A stretch of DNA of 63,832 nt, filler included, from Craspedostauros australis (taxonomy: Eukaryota): assembly GCA_030167865.1 (NCBI GenBank). It is 13 parts of 13 records of this genome, joined end to end, with 100 filler letters (N's around TTAATTAATTAA, not from the genome) between each part and the next. Parts side by side here need not be neighbours in the genome. Positions count along the whole stretch, not along the records: positions 9,913 to 22,552 come from JALAGF010000923.1; positions 22,653 to 26,304 come from JALAGF010000927.1; 11 more parts are not named here. One strand, 5' to 3'. The position numbers and the translations under genes were made by a program. Positions 12,280 to 25,582 of the stretch are shown here, in pieces (the stretch's first letter is position 1; each line of letters begins with the position of its first letter). Under the pieces are notes generated by a model that saw only the letters and a list, made by a program, of their open reading frames with translations, had not been told where the DNA came from and made no database searches.

Positions 12280-12833
12280 TGTGATGTGATGCGTGGATGT
12301 GATGCGTGGATGTGATGTGTTGATGTGTTGATGTGCTATTGTGCGTGACCAGCAACTGCCCGCTGTGCCAAGAAATCTGTTCCTGAGCGAACTGGTGTCA
12401 CAAAGGGAAAGATCGCGAAAAGATCTCTCTCTCTCTCTGCCACGTTTCTTGTACAAACAAACCCAACAAACCCAACAACGAACAACGCCACACCAGAGTA
12501 GGCAGTGCTTCCCAATCTTCTCTTGTCACCGATGGCGATCCATACCCTGCATGGTCACGTGTGCGGGATACACTTGCTCTGCTCTGCTCTACTCTACTGC
12601 ACGATACGATGCGTCGCATGATATTCTATTCTATAATAGGTCGGTACTCTAGCCTGGCTATCGATATGGAGCGATGATACTTGTTTGGAGTCTCAACTCG
12701 CACAAGGACACATGGATCCAATGTCTCGCGGCGCACGTGCAACGCGAGAGGCTCGTAGCCTTTTCATCAATCGCTTCAGCTATTCACAGCCAGTGCTCTG
12801 TCTGTGTGCATCACCACTGCTTGTGTGCATTGC

Positions 12834-14231
12834 CTACGTTGCTCCAACTTGAACATCAACGCTTTGCAATGCCTCCTGCGATGCGAGATCTACCTTGACG
12901 ATCTCCGCTCCGTCCGATCGCACCACGAACTCCACCTGCAACGGGCCGAACAGGAGCCGGTAGGTGCCGTCGTCCACGTCGGCAACATTCCCATCGTTGG
13001 TTACTGACAGCGTCTGAGTTTTCGGCGGTGTTGTTGTCTGCGAACTGGATACTGTCTCGCGTTGGTTCTTGGACAAGCCCTTGTGCGATGACCGGGGATC
13101 CTGCGCCAGAATCTCACGCAGAGTTTGTGCCGCGTCCAACAACGCGCTGCTGCCGCTTGCCGTTGCCGCTGTTCCTGCTGTTGCCGACGCATCGTGCTTC
13201 TTCTTCTTCTTCTTTTTGGGAATCGAATACAGAGGAGACAGGACGTTGCGACGTTCGACAAAGTACCGCAACGACTCGTAGGCATCGTCATGAAAGATGA
13301 CGTCCGGCAGCACATCGTCTTGCCGTTCCACCCAATCGGGAACCTGAAGGATCCCCTCGGCTTGCTGCGGCGAGTAAATTCCGGGCGGAATATCCCACGG
13401 CACGTACGGCTTGATATCGTAGACGGGCGTGTCGTGCACGAGATCCAATCCCCGAATGTGCAGCCGCTTCTTGGACGGTTCCCAGGCATGCACCTGCACC
13501 AAGGAAAGGCCGATGTCGTTGGGTCGATGCGGCGATCGCGTCGAGAGCATGCCGACCTTGATGCCCTTGCCGCGCGGTGGTCGGATCTTGGATTTCTTGT
13601 TGCGCATGCTGGACAACGACGTGTTCTTGTGGAAGCGAAAGATGATCCAGGCGTGGCTGTACTGATCGATGCCGTCGAGGGTCTCGGGTGCCACGGCGTC
13701 GCAATCCAGCTGCACGAAGCCGCGTGACGATGGGACCAGCATGCCTTGGCGCGGCGTGCCCATGCGTTTGGTGTAGGGCGAGATGATGCGGCCGATGCAG
13801 ATCAGCGACATGCTGGGGGACGACTTGGAGATCTCGAACACCGATTTGGGTGAGAAGGTCTTGGCATCATTTCTGTTGTTGCTTCTGCCAGCAGCAGCGG
13901 TAGCGGCCGAGGTGCTGTTCGCAGCCGACACCAGTGCACCTCCAGCCCCGTCCACTGCCCCAGCCCCCTGACCCAACAACCGAGATGCCTCCTGCTGTTC
14001 CAGGAGCTTGCGCAGCTTGACTTCCGCGCGGATTCGCCCCGTGCGTTCCTGATCGCGCTTCTTCTCCCACTGCTCAATGAGATCCTGCGAGCCATTCGGC
14101 TTGGGTGATCCGGCTGCGGCTGTGGCAATGTACCAGACGGCGCTTGTTGTCACGGCAGTGGCTGCCACCAACACCACGTTTGCCCAAGCAGATGCGGACA
14201 ATGGCGAGCCTGCTTTTGGCATGCTGCTCAT
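12834..14231 (-). CDS. TRMO: tRNA m6t6A37 methyltransferase TrmO/TsaA
   Basis: GTPRQG, YSHAWIIFRFH, KIRPPR...GMLSTRSPHRPNDIGLS and GLDLVHDTPVYDIKPYVP; N-terminal TM plus coiled coil. Confidence 0.92.
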   Translation of the reverse strand: MSSMPKAGSPLSASAWANVVLVAATAVTTSAVWYIATAAAGSPKPNGSQDLIEQWEKKRDQERTGRIRAEVKLRKLLEQQEASRLLGQGAGAVDGAGGALVSAANSTSAATAAAGRSNNRNDAKTFSPKSVFEISKSSPSMSLICIGRIISPYTKRMGTPRQGMLVPSSRGFVQLDCDAVAPETLDGIDQYSHAWIIFRFHKNTSLSSMRNKKSKIRPPRGKGIKVGMLSTRSPHRPNDIGLSLVQVHAWEPSKKRLHIRGLDLVHDTPVYDIKPYVPWDIPPGIYSPQQAEGILQVPDWVERQDDVLPDVIFHDDAYESLRYFVERRNVLSPLYSIPKKKKKKKHDASATAGTAATASGSSALLDAAQTLREILAQDPRSSHKGLSKNQRETVSSSQTTTPPKTQTLSVTNDGNVADVDDGTYRLLFGPLQVEFVVRSDGAEIVKVDLASQEALQSVDVQVGAT

Positions 14232-14929
14232 CTTGAGAACTGCTGCGTTTGCGGTTTCCTCCTCTCGTGTCTGCTTGTGATGTGAGTGTGGAAGTTGGTG
14301 GTATTATTGTGGATGCGCTTGGGATGGATCTCCTGAGCACGGATCCAGATTGATGTGAGCGTTTGTGGACATGGTGTGGTTGATGTCGAGTCGTGCCATG
14401 ATTTGCAATCGTGCCAAGGTGGATGCAAAAAAGAATGGCGCGAAGTCTCCCATGACGTACAGACAGACAGACCGAGCGGCCACAATTCGAAACCGTGCGC
14501 TTTGTTCACAAGCGAGAGGACAGAACCGTTTTTCTTCACAAATCGCACAAAATCACGTTTCCTCTTCAACATCATTCATCCAATTGCAAACACCCACAAT
14601 CGAATGCAACCACACAGTTCGCGATACGAGTAATAGCAGGAACCATTGTTCTGCTGCTATACGATCACAACAACACCATCCATTGCAAAGCAGAGACGCG
14701 CTGAGATGGTGATCTGTTGACAAAGGCAGTGGTTGCGTGGAGAAATCGGCACACAGAACGCAGTCCTCAGCATACGAGCAGAGTCGAGACCACGCTTTTC
14801 ATCACCCAACTCAACTCGACTCAATTCAATTCGGCGCAAGAGCGGGCTGACGGAAACGAACAAGAAATCCACGAACAGAGCACCAATACAGCAAAAGAAC
14901 AATCGCCACTCCACGTTCCTGCGCACAGC

Positions 14930-17900
14930 ATGTCCACCACTCCATCCACGGCCGCGAACGCCTCGATTTCGACTTCGACAACATCCACCGCAAACCGAAA
15001 GAAACGTGGCGGTTCCATCTCAGTGCTGCCCCAGCACATCGTGGATCAGATCGCGGCTGGTGAAGTGGTGCAAAGTCCTGCTTCCGTCGTCAAGGAGCTC
15101 ATTGAGAATTGCCTCGATGCTGGAAGCACGCGCATCGAAGTGCAGGTGGAGAAGGGGGGCATTCAAAAGCTCACGATCATCGATGATGGTTGCGGGATTC
15201 CGTACGGCGATTTGCCGTTGGCGGCCACGCGGCATGCGACTTCCAAGTACGGAGAGTTGGATGTGTCGCAAGTGGATGAAAATCAGAATGAGAATGAGAA
15301 TGTGGCAGCTGGTGCGAATGTGCCAACTCCAAGCAGCAACAACAACAACATTGGCAACGCAGATGGTGGCGGCAAGCCCAGTGCCATTCAGTCGATAAAA
15401 GAAGGCCACAGCCGACGAATCAGCGAGCTTGTCACGGAAGCAGACATGCGGTCATCCACCAATGACGCCATGCAACAAGCATCGGTAGCATCCGCCTCGT
15501 CGACATCGTCATCGGCGCAAACACCATCAGCACCGGCGGTACCACCTTCGCCCAAGGTGCCATCCATCTCACAGCTGGATACATTTGGATTTCGTGGCGA
15601 AGCGCTGGCATCCATCAGCATGGTTAGCCGGCTCACCATCACATCGCGTACGAAGCATGACAAGATCGCGCACAGCCAGATGTACATGAACGGCCAACCA
15701 CGCAAGAAGAAACCCGGCAGGACGGCGCGTCGGACGAAGGGGACCACCATCGTCGTGCAGGATCTGTTTTACAATGTCCCGCATCGTCGGCAGATCTACA
15801 CCAAATCGGCGAATGATGAATACAACAAGATCCTGCAAATCCTCCAGGCCTATGCCATCCAGTATCCTTACGTCGGATTCATCTGTCAGCGCAGTGGCGC
15901 AGGTGGTGGCCCAAAAACGTCCAACAGCAAATTCGCATCACGCGGTGTCTCGGTCGATTTGAACACGAGCAACCTACCCATGGTGCGGACGCTTGTCAAG
16001 CAGCAACAATCGCAGGAATCACAAGCGCAGACAAAGACGCAGACACAACAAGGATTCTCCTTCTCGTTATCGCCCAACTCTCTCACATCACAACGCTTGT
16101 CGCCGTTGACGCCGCCGACACATGCAGCGTTCCAGTATGGCAGCCAGACAAAGAGCCATAACTTGATGCTGCTGCTGTCGCAATACGAATCGCAATTGAC
16201 GGCCAATTCCAATTCGTCTTTGGAGTCGCAATTGCACTCTGCGACACAGACCAATGCGCAACACAGCACGAGTGGTGACGACAACGACGACAGCGACGAG
16301 TCAGCGCAGGTGTTGAAGAGCATCCAAACAGCAACCAAGCAAGTGATGGCGCACATCTTTGCCTCCAACCTCGAACCCCACATTCACTACACGTCCATGC
16401 AGCACAAGAATGCCAACATTCGGCACGTGGATCCTGTGGAAGAAAAGATGCGAGGGAAGCAGGTCAAGATTCGCATACCGAAGCAGTACGCTTCCAACAC
16501 TGAAACAAAGAATGCTGCTGCGAATGATGCCGACGACGCCAACAACTTTGCAATTACGCGTAGTGTTGGCAACAGCAATATCTTCCAATTCGAATGCAAG
16601 GCATACATCACGGCACCATCCTGCACAGCAACGAGACAGCGCGTGACCAAATTCATTCTCTTCGTCAATGATAGGCTCGTCGACTGCTCGCCGCTGAAAC
16701 GAGCCGTGGATGATGTGTATTCTAACTTTGAACGCAGTGCGACGAGGCCCATCATCGTTCTGCAATTGAAGATACCGCCGCAACAGATCGATGTCAACGT
16801 GCACCCGTCCAAACGACAAGTTGCCTTCATGTACCAGGATGAGCTGTTGAAGGAGATTTCGCGTCACATACAAGGCTATTTATCCTCGTTGGGTCAAACG
16901 TTCCCAAAGAGCTCGATCAGTACGGCAAGCAGCAGCACAGCTTTGTCCCAATCGACGTTGTTGCAATCGAACCACGGCAGATTCAGCCTTTCACAAGGCA
17001 CGCCATCATCAGACAGGAAACGGAAGGCGGACAGTTCTGGGGACGATGACGATACCAATGATGCCGATGAACCATTGGCGAAGAGGCCAGCAAGTACGTG
17101 AATGTGAGGTTGTTGCGATTGCCGTGGTTGGTGCTGTTGTTGTTGTTGTCGAGGCAATTGGATTTGGCATGCATCGCTTGTCCATCACATGTTATTGATG
17201 CTCATCAACACTCACATTGCTCTTCCACTCCTTCATCCATCTGCTCGTCCATCTGAATGCGCCTGCTCGTGCACTGTATGATACACAAACATGCGCAGTC
17301 GTCAACCCGTATGCGTCGCCTTCAATGCAAAGGAAAAATTCGAGGACTCCACCGTCCCAACTGATTCGAACATCAAATGCCGCACGGGTGGGTGCCATTG
17401 AACCATTCCTCGTTCATCAACCAACCTCCGCCACCAAATCCACATTCACGCAACAGTATGACGAGGCTTCACAAACAGCAGCGCAGTCGCAAGCGCAAGC
17501 ACAGCCCCAGGGGCAAGCATATTCACAAACGCAATCACCCATGCCTAGACAACTGGAGTTACCCACCAAGGTGCATCTTCCAGGCTGTCCTTGGTCGAAC
17601 GAGAGCAACCAGCAGAACGTTGCGAACGTGGATATGACACAACCTGGCGCTTTCGTGGCTGCACTGAAATGCACATGTCCAGATGACGACAAGATTCTGC
17701 AGCTGAGATTGCGCAAGACAACGGCCGCGTCCATGATCCGTCCCAAACGAGTGATACCCACCAAGTGCACCTACACATCCATCAGCTCCCTTCGCGCACG
17801 CGTGAACAAGCAGAAATCGAACGTCTTGGCGCAGCAGCTCAAGGATGCGCACTTTGTGGGGGTGTTGTCGGCGTCGTCGCGATCGTTGATGCAGTGCGGA

Positions 17901-18926
17901 GAACACCTGGTGCTGGTCCATCACGTGGAGATGGCAAAGGAGCTGTTCTACCAACTGAGTTTGGCGCGGTTCGGTGGCGGTGCTAGCATGGCGAAGCTTG
18001 GCAAACCAAGTAGCAACATTGCTGCAGGTTCCGGTGTTACTGTTGGTACGGGCACAGGTGCGACTGCTACTGCTACTGCCCAGGGCTGCATTGATGTGCA
18101 GTCCATCATTGCGCAGGCATTGGAGTTGGAGGATTACTTGGCCGCGAGTGGAAATACAGCAGAGGAGAAGCACCGCCAAACAGCAACAACAGCAACAACA
18201 GCAGCTGCCACAAGATTGTTCTCAACCTCGCACACCAATACCCTCAACTACGGCAGCAGCGATTGTGAAGATAATGGCAAGCCCGCGCACTCGTTAACAA
18301 CAACGCGTAACATGGAGCGCGAAGCCTTCCTGCCATCGAGCCAAGATTCAGCCACGTCGCAGCGCAGCAACCATGCTCAAACCAAAGTGCCACCGCTGCT
18401 CAAAGTGAGCGAAAGCAACCAGCAACTCGCATCCCAAGCAACGACCTGCTTGGCAAGCAACGCCACCATGCTCGAAGATTACTTCTCCATTCGTATTGAA
18501 GAGCAGAACGGAGATGTAACTGGCGCAATGGATACAATGGATGACGCAGAGCAACAGCAACACACACAAACACGAACACGAACACAAGAAGGTGAACCGA
18601 ATCGCAAATCCACGATGATTCTGACCGGATTACCTGTGCTGATGGAAGGCCACGTGCCACCGCCACACGGATTGGCAATCTTCTTGTTCCGGTTGGCCAC
18701 GCAGGTGAACTGGGAAGAGGAAAGGCCCTGCTTCGAGGGGATCTGCCGCGAACTCGCCAGCTTCTACTCCTCCATGCCACGCACCAACGCATCCGCCTTC
18801 ATCCAGCACACAATCTTCCCCGCCATCTCGTACCTCCTGATCCCGCCGGAACGTTTCCTGAAGGACGGGACCTTCACGGTGCTGACTCGTCTCTCCAAGC
18901 TCTATCGCATCTTTGAACGGTGTTGA
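14930..18926 (+). CDS. MLH1: DNA mismatch repair protein MLH1; exons 14930-17093, 17299-18926
   Basis: IAAGEVVQSPASVVKELIENCLDAG, DDGCGI, FGFRGEALASIS, IDVNVHPSK, VNWEEERPCF and terminal FERC; intron GTACGT..GCAG restores frame. Confidence 0.95.
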
Positions 18927-19671
18927 GAGATGTTCATAATATAGAGTGTGGTTAGATGAGGACTGACAACTTCTCCGGTTGCGATTAGAATGTGGTGAAG
19001 CAAGCCCCAAAGAAGTCTCTGCTTTGTGTAGACTCTTCTACTCTGTTCTACAACCCACCTACACTGGCAAAGAGTAGAACTACATTTCACGACTGGCACC
19101 GTGACTCAACACTCATTCGTGACCCAGGGCAGTTGTCTCACATTTCAGCGGGGAATCTGAATGAATCTGAAATAACGGTTCCTAACGCCCATAGAAACTT
19201 GTGAGTTTGTTCTTCGCAAAAGCGCGGATCTTCGTTGTGCACCACAGTCCGTGAAAACGTACCGCGCCACCAGCGCCACAAACATCGTCGATCGCGGAAA
19301 AGCGAACGATCGCGTGGACGATCGTGTTTCATGATGTATGGCTCGCGTACACGTACAGTAGCGACAACCGCATCCGGCTCTTCTTTGTGGTGACCGACTG
19401 CTGGGCGTCATTCTCCCACCAACGCAGGCGACACGGTACTGAGTCACCAACTATACTCCACACCAAGACATCATCGACGGAGCATCTCCTCTCTTGTGCC
19501 CAACGCCCACCTGATCACGCCGAAGTGCCTCGGAGGACATCGTTCATCAATCATCAATCAATCGGAGGTCATCACCAGGTGATCACCTCATCGCATCGCC
19601 CGGGTCGCGCCATCACTCTGTCAGTGACCACAGTTGCCCATTCCATTCACCTTGCCGCCGAACCACCAACC

Positions 19672-20898
19672 ATGATGAGAAAGCAACGCAGAATGTCATC
19701 AAGCGACACTTCGTCACGACCATCATTCTCAACAACATCGATGATGACAATGACGACGATGCTGATGCAATGCGCGCTGCTGATGCTGACACTTCAGTCA
19801 ACTGTGGTGAAGGCGCAGTATCACGGTCCGATCTGCAATCTGGATGAGTTCCCGATCGCCGTGCTTTCCAGGGATCCTATCTCAGGCAACTTCACATTCG
19901 TCACAGAGCTGCCTGCCGACACACCTGTGGAGGAGCTCAACGCAGGCAAGTTCCGCATGCTGACGGAAGACCAGTTCGAAGTTGTTGACTTGGATGGTGA
20001 TAGCCACAGGGATGCCACGATGAATCTGAGATCTCAGTCCTCCAAACAGACGACGATATTCTCCGGTATTCAGGCGCTCTCATTCGATAATAGCGGCAGA
20101 CGGTTGCAGGACGGAGGAACGGATGGAGCTGGCAACACGACCGGCATGGAACTCTTCTACACGCGCAAATGTGACTGCTTCGTCCCCCACAATGACGTCG
20201 TCTACTGTCCCTTCACCGTCAAACACTGCAAGGCACCGCACTTTTGGAACAGGAACATCCCCGTCGGTTGCCTGACCGAGAATCCCAAGAGCGACCGCAA
20301 CGAGCTCATGTTCATGACCTCCGTCGCCATTGCCGCGATCGTCATCGTCGCTCTCGTTGGAACAGCCTGGGGACGCTATGCCATCACCTGCCTGTGCAGC
20401 TGCATCCCTGCATTCCAACGATACCAAGTCAACCACATGATGCAGCACAATCCCAGACAGACGAACTCCCTCATCCGCAGCTACGTCATGCGCAACCAGC
20501 TCGCGCTGGAACGCCGCATCCGCAGAGAGCATGAAGCGTTGCAACAGGCGCGTCAGAATCTTCCGGACGAAGGCAGCCGAATCGAGAGCACCGATGAAAC
20601 AAACGAACCTGCCCCACCGATGAAGCCGACGTCGCTGTCGTTGAAGACCAAACTGTACAAACGCCGATCCTACAACGAGGACGACGATGAGCACGCCGCC
20701 ACGTGCACCATCTGCTTCGTGCCGTTGGAGGAAGGCGATCGCATCGGCGCGCTCGACTGCAACCACACCTTCCACAAGGCCTGTCTCAAGCAGTGGCTGT
20801 CGCGTCGCAACGTGTGTCCGCTGTGTCAACGCAAGGACGTTGCGGATCCGCAATTCGATAAGGACGACCCGCAGAAGACGGAGTCGACGGGATCGTGA
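19672..20898 (+). CDS. Membrane-anchored RING-H2 E3 ubiquitin ligase (start uncertain)
   Basis: Signal-like hydrophobic segment, Cys-containing lumenal part, TM helix, C-terminal CTICFVPLEEGDRIGALDCNHTFHKACLKQWL...CPLC. Confidence 0.85.
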   Translation: MMRKQRRMSSSDTSSRPSFSTTSMMTMTTMLMQCALLMLTLQSTVVKAQYHGPICNLDEFPIAVLSRDPISGNFTFVTELPADTPVEELNAGKFRMLTEDQFEVVDLDGDSHRDATMNLRSQSSKQTTIFSGIQALSFDNSGRRLQDGGTDGAGNTTGMELFYTRKCDCFVPHNDVVYCPFTVKHCKAPHFWNRNIPVGCLTENPKSDRNELMFMTSVAIAAIVIVALVGTAWGRYAITCLCSCIPAFQRYQVNHMMQHNPRQTNSLIRSYVMRNQLALERRIRREHEALQQARQNLPDEGSRIESTDETNEPAPPMKPTSLSLKTKLYKRRSYNEDDDEHAATCTICFVPLEEGDRIGALDCNHTFHKACLKQWLSRRNVCPLCQRKDVADPQFDKDDPQKTESTGS

Positions 20899-22652
20899 GG
20901 GGCTTTGGCGGCAGTGCATGGGGATTTGCGGGTGGCGCATTCGAAGAGCGAAAACATGACCACACTCAACCTACGTACACTACTTTGCATAGAATATGAT
21001 ACCAGTCGAATTGGAGTTTGAGACAAAGTCATGTTATAAAATACGTGGTTACGTGTAGAGTGCGTGGCCGCACCACATCTGCTATACCTGCACATGGTGT
21101 AGAATACGAATAGAATTCACCCTCATGACCCGCTGTGCATTTGCCAAGAGAGGATACTGATCGATGCCTCCGTACGGTCAATGCAGAGAGTGGGCGACCG
21201 ACGATCTACGCAAACACGAGGAGGACGCGTCCTATACTCTACTATACTTGAATCGTCAAGAACGAAAGCCAAACATATGCTCGCAACAACTATTGTAGTT
21301 GGTACAGAGAGATCATAGGAGTGCTCCAGTATGGATGGTATTGTACTATGTCAGTTTGTACTTTATGGTGGAATCCACTCGCAACAGTGGTGAGAAAGGC
21401 AGAACATCGACGCATGAAGATGTGCTTGGTTGTCCGTAGCACATGGCATAATATTTTTACGTATAACTCCATGCACCTAGATCATCTCGACCTGTGATCA
21501 TGTCTGGAATGAGAAAGCCCTAACATTCTCCATCATCGTTAGAGTCTCCTACTCTCAGCAGTGAGACGGCAGTCTGGTTGAATGGGAACACGGGTCGTAC
21601 ACGTCGACTAGTGTCTCGTGGCTTGAGTGGAGGCCAATTTTTTTGGTAACCATTGCTAAAAATTGGTAACTAGTCGTATGACTCAATTGTGACGTAGATG
21701 CTGGTACATTTTGTACGTCAGTCCCACACGAAGCGGCCCAAAAGCCACCATTTTTGACACAAACCTCCTCGGAAAGTCCATACCGCTCAGTCCGTTTGAG
21801 CTCTCCTTTCGTGATAACTCTCATATATGGCCTGTTATCACCCTCTCTAACTTTGGTGGTGATTGGTTTGGTGGTTGTCGAGATCTGCTCGTTTCTCTGG
21901 AGCAGGCACTTGTTGTTCCCATTCACGAATGCCAATCACCTCGATGTATCGTGGCGAATTTCTGTGTGCCCCAACACGTGATAACACGCGGTTGAAATGA
22001 TCCAATACAATGTGGTGCCAACCGATGTGTTCTTCACATGCTATGATCAGTTCTTTATATCCTGATATATTTCATTGTGGCTTCGTTCATCGTATAGCAT
22101 TGTAGTTGATGATATGATTTATAAGTTCTGCAATAGCGTTTCAGTTCTACTCCAGAATACCGCATAGCAGCAATCATCTTGGCAACAGCAACATGGATTC
22201 ATGTATATCATTGCGTCCATCCTGTTTGGAGGAGCAATGATCCCTTGGGGAGCATTGGCACACAAGAGCAGTCCAGAATAGAGCAGAGTGGACTGTTTCA
22301 CACCGAGGAGTTCAATCTCGCCATGCTCTGACCACTTTTCATTGGATCGTTCACGTTGCTGAGCATGTGCAACTGCGCTGCGCATAATTTCCATGCAATG
22401 TGCGCGCATTTTAGAATGTATCGCATGCGAAATGTAGAGGCAAGTGTTCTATTATTGGCCTTAGCGGTACTGAAGATCAGGAGAGAACATCAGGCTTCCT
22501 CCACAGAACGGTTCGAACGTGGTTTGATGGAGCACGAACAGTGACTGTGTCANNNNNNNNNNNNNNNNNNNNNNNNNNNNNNNNNNNNNNNNNNNNTTAA
22601 TTAATTAANNNNNNNNNNNNNNNNNNNNNNNNNNNNNNNNNNNNNNNNNNNN

Positions 22653-25582
22653 GAACGACCTTCGATCTTGAATCTGACCCGATTTGACGAATGCACACGT
22701 CGAATCTCCTCCTCGACGCAATCCTCCCTCAGCAGCTTCTCCATGCAACACTGCGCGATGATGGACCACATCAGCTTGAGCACCATCTCACGATGGCCAT
22801 CGACGATCTGATGTGGAATGACGTCTTGTGGAATTGAGATTCCGAAGGAGCGCAAGTTCTTCAGTGCGATGCCTACGTTGTGCAGCTTCTGCAACCGAGA
22901 ACCAGCGGGGAGGCGCAACGCTGTCATGAATTGCTTTGGTTTGCAACCCGCCACAATTTCGGCCAAGCGTGTAAGGCACGAGCCATCGCGGAGATCAGTT
23001 GCGAGATTGTCCACATGTAGATTGACCTCATCAGCCGGCTGTTGTCGGTAGTGCACCTTGAGACCGAGCCGGTTGAGATGCTTCAGAAAATCACCCTCCC
23101 CAGTCAAGCATTCGCGGCATAGAGACTGGAGGACATCCTTGGATGACTTCACCTTTGAGGTTTTGATGAAGAGCCGCGGTACCTTGTCCAGTACATTCTC
23201 CATCTTGGCCATGTCGAGGAAGATCACGAGCACGATGAGACGGCGGAGGACGATGGATCGCATTTCTGCCTTGTACATTTTTTCGAACTTTCCGGATGGT
23301 ACCTTGCACTTGCCTCTTGTGTAGTGTGCGAGAACCGTGCTGTCGGAGAGGACACGGTCAGCGAGAAATGCCTTGATGGTCTGCCGCATGCGTTGAGATG
23401 CGGTGATGGTAGCTGCTGTTGTACTCGTAGGTGCCTGCTTCTTGCTCTTCGAAGGCCTTGCCATTCTAGTTGCCATTGATTGTTGTGGTTCGCTAATAGT
23501 GCCGACAGGCTCGATGATCTCTCCGAACACGACCTCGAGCGCAATTCGCAGCCATGGCTGGGAATAGGACGACAAGAGGTTGATGATGCTCCTCCGCAAC
23601 ATCAGGTCAGCATGGATATCGCGATCCGTTCTGATGGCCAAGCGCCCCTTCTTGATCTCTTGATCAACGATCGTCTTGACGCGCTCCATTTCATCGCTTT
23701 GGAAGATTTCCGCAGCTCTTGATCTGCACTGAGCCAGGTGCTGATGGATGAAGAGTGTTCGAAGTCCTGTATTGCGCCCGCCGGATTGCGGTTCGCTTGA
23801 CTCCTCCGCACCTTCGATGGGATTGAGGGTGTAATTGAGCCAGCTCGTAAAGGTGGTTGATTGCTTGTCGGCCCATGATGCCTCACGTCGTTTCGGGGAC
23901 TTCTTCACAGACGTCGCTTTTGATGGGGTGTGGGTGCGGCCAAGTTTACTGTATCTTGATGTTGACTGCGATGATTGAAGTTGACGTTGGGCTTTAGACT
24001 TGGGAGTGGACCTCTGCATTCGAGGCTTCGAACTTGCGGTGGATGGTCGATCTACGGACACGGCGAATGCAACACCCTTGCGTGTAGTTGCGGGGGTGGA
24101 GGTGGCAGTCGAAGCGGCGCCTCTGGGCTTATGTACTGTCGCGGTTCGAGCAGAAGCGACAGTAGAAGTAGAAGCACTTTCGGTGATCGGTCGCAGGGGG
24201 AGAGATTGATTCGGCGTGTTCGCACTTGTATGCAACGCTCTTGGCTTCAATGGAGTGATCGACGACAATGGTGTTGCATGGCTGACTGTTGATGTATGTC
24301 TGCCCTTGTTGGTTGCACTTGTTGCCGATGACGGATTGACGGAGTTTGGTGCCTGTTTGTGTTGGTTCTGCAGATGCTTCTGAACTTCGTGGACCTGTTG
24401 TGCCGCCTGGGGCGAGAGGATGAGCAGGGATGCTTTGTCAATATCAACAGTGGGGCTTTTCTTGCCGGGACCATCCCTTGCATTTGCGTTGTTGCGTCGT
24501 CCCTTTGCAGCTGTCGGAGTGGTTGTCGAAGTCTGCCATACTGCACCAGTCGGACTAACGAGAAGGCTTTCTTCCAGCAAGCTGACATCAGGGTTCGACG
24601 AATCGTCATCCCCCAGCTCTGTTCGGAGCAATGAGTTGGGCGTCTTGGGAAGCACGATGGAGATCTTCGAAAGAGTTGAATGAGGCGTAGAGCTACGAGC
24701 CTTGTTGATCGATGATGCTGCAGATTTCATGGTTGGTTTTGTGGCGTTGGCGTTGCCGCTGCTGTTGGGAGTGTTGGTATTACTCTTGCTTTTGGGCGCG
24801 GTGTCTTCCGGGATGGTGTGGGATTTGGTTGACGGTGGTACAGAGCTGAATGGAGACCAAGTGTAGTCTCTTTGAGTCGATGTGAATTGCAATGGGGTGA
24901 ATGATGATGCTTTACCGCTCCTGCCACTGCTGTTTTTGCTTTTGGTGTCGTCGTCGTTGTTCCGTCTTCCGCTGATGGTAGTGTTGACTGAGCCCGCACA
25001 CTGGAACGTGGGTGATATCGTTGCGCGGAGGTTACGACGAAGATTCACTGCGCTGTTTGGAGTCTTCTCGCCCAGCACAGCAACCGATGCTGCAGGAGCA
25101 TTCGCCACCGTGGAAGATGTGGAGTCATGAACAGGAGATCGGTAAGGTGTTCGAGTGTTGGGAGCGATCGTGTTTTCCTTTCCACGGTGTGTCGCACTTG
25201 ATCCAAGCGTCTTTGCGGATTTGCTGAGTGCATTCCTTTGCTTGGTCGAATTGGATGGATTCAATCTATTCTTGCCTGTCGAGGACATGTCCAAGCTTCT
25301 GTTACCGGTGTTGATGCTCGCAGAGGATCGAATCGACGATCTACCAAGCTTGGAAGTAGCTGGGGTTGACCCCTTCAGCTGGCGACGCAACGATTGCATT
25401 GGCGAGACGTTGTTGTTGTTGTTGCTGTTGCTGTTGTTGTTGTTGTGCGGCGTCAGTGCTTTCCGACCCACCATTCTGTTCTTCGTTGACGGCGTCTTGG
25501 CTGGTGGCGTGCCGATGGAATCATCGAACCCGACCATGCGACCCACGGGCGTCTTCAGCAGCGTGTCATGGTAGATCTGCAT
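22653..25582 (-). CDS. ASPM: Abnormal spindle (ASPM)-like protein, N-terminal part, copy 1 (3' cut by gap)
   Basis: S/T/P-rich N-terminus, FTSWLNYTL, LLSSYSQPWLRIALEVVFGE, CH domain NLATDLRDGSCLTRLAE...SRLQKLHNV...IVDGHREMVLKLMWSII. Confidence 0.88.

Noticed and set aside
21290..22552. AT-richer segment with broken ORFs, possible TE or viral relic
   Set aside because: No recognisable motif; cannot be supported without a search.
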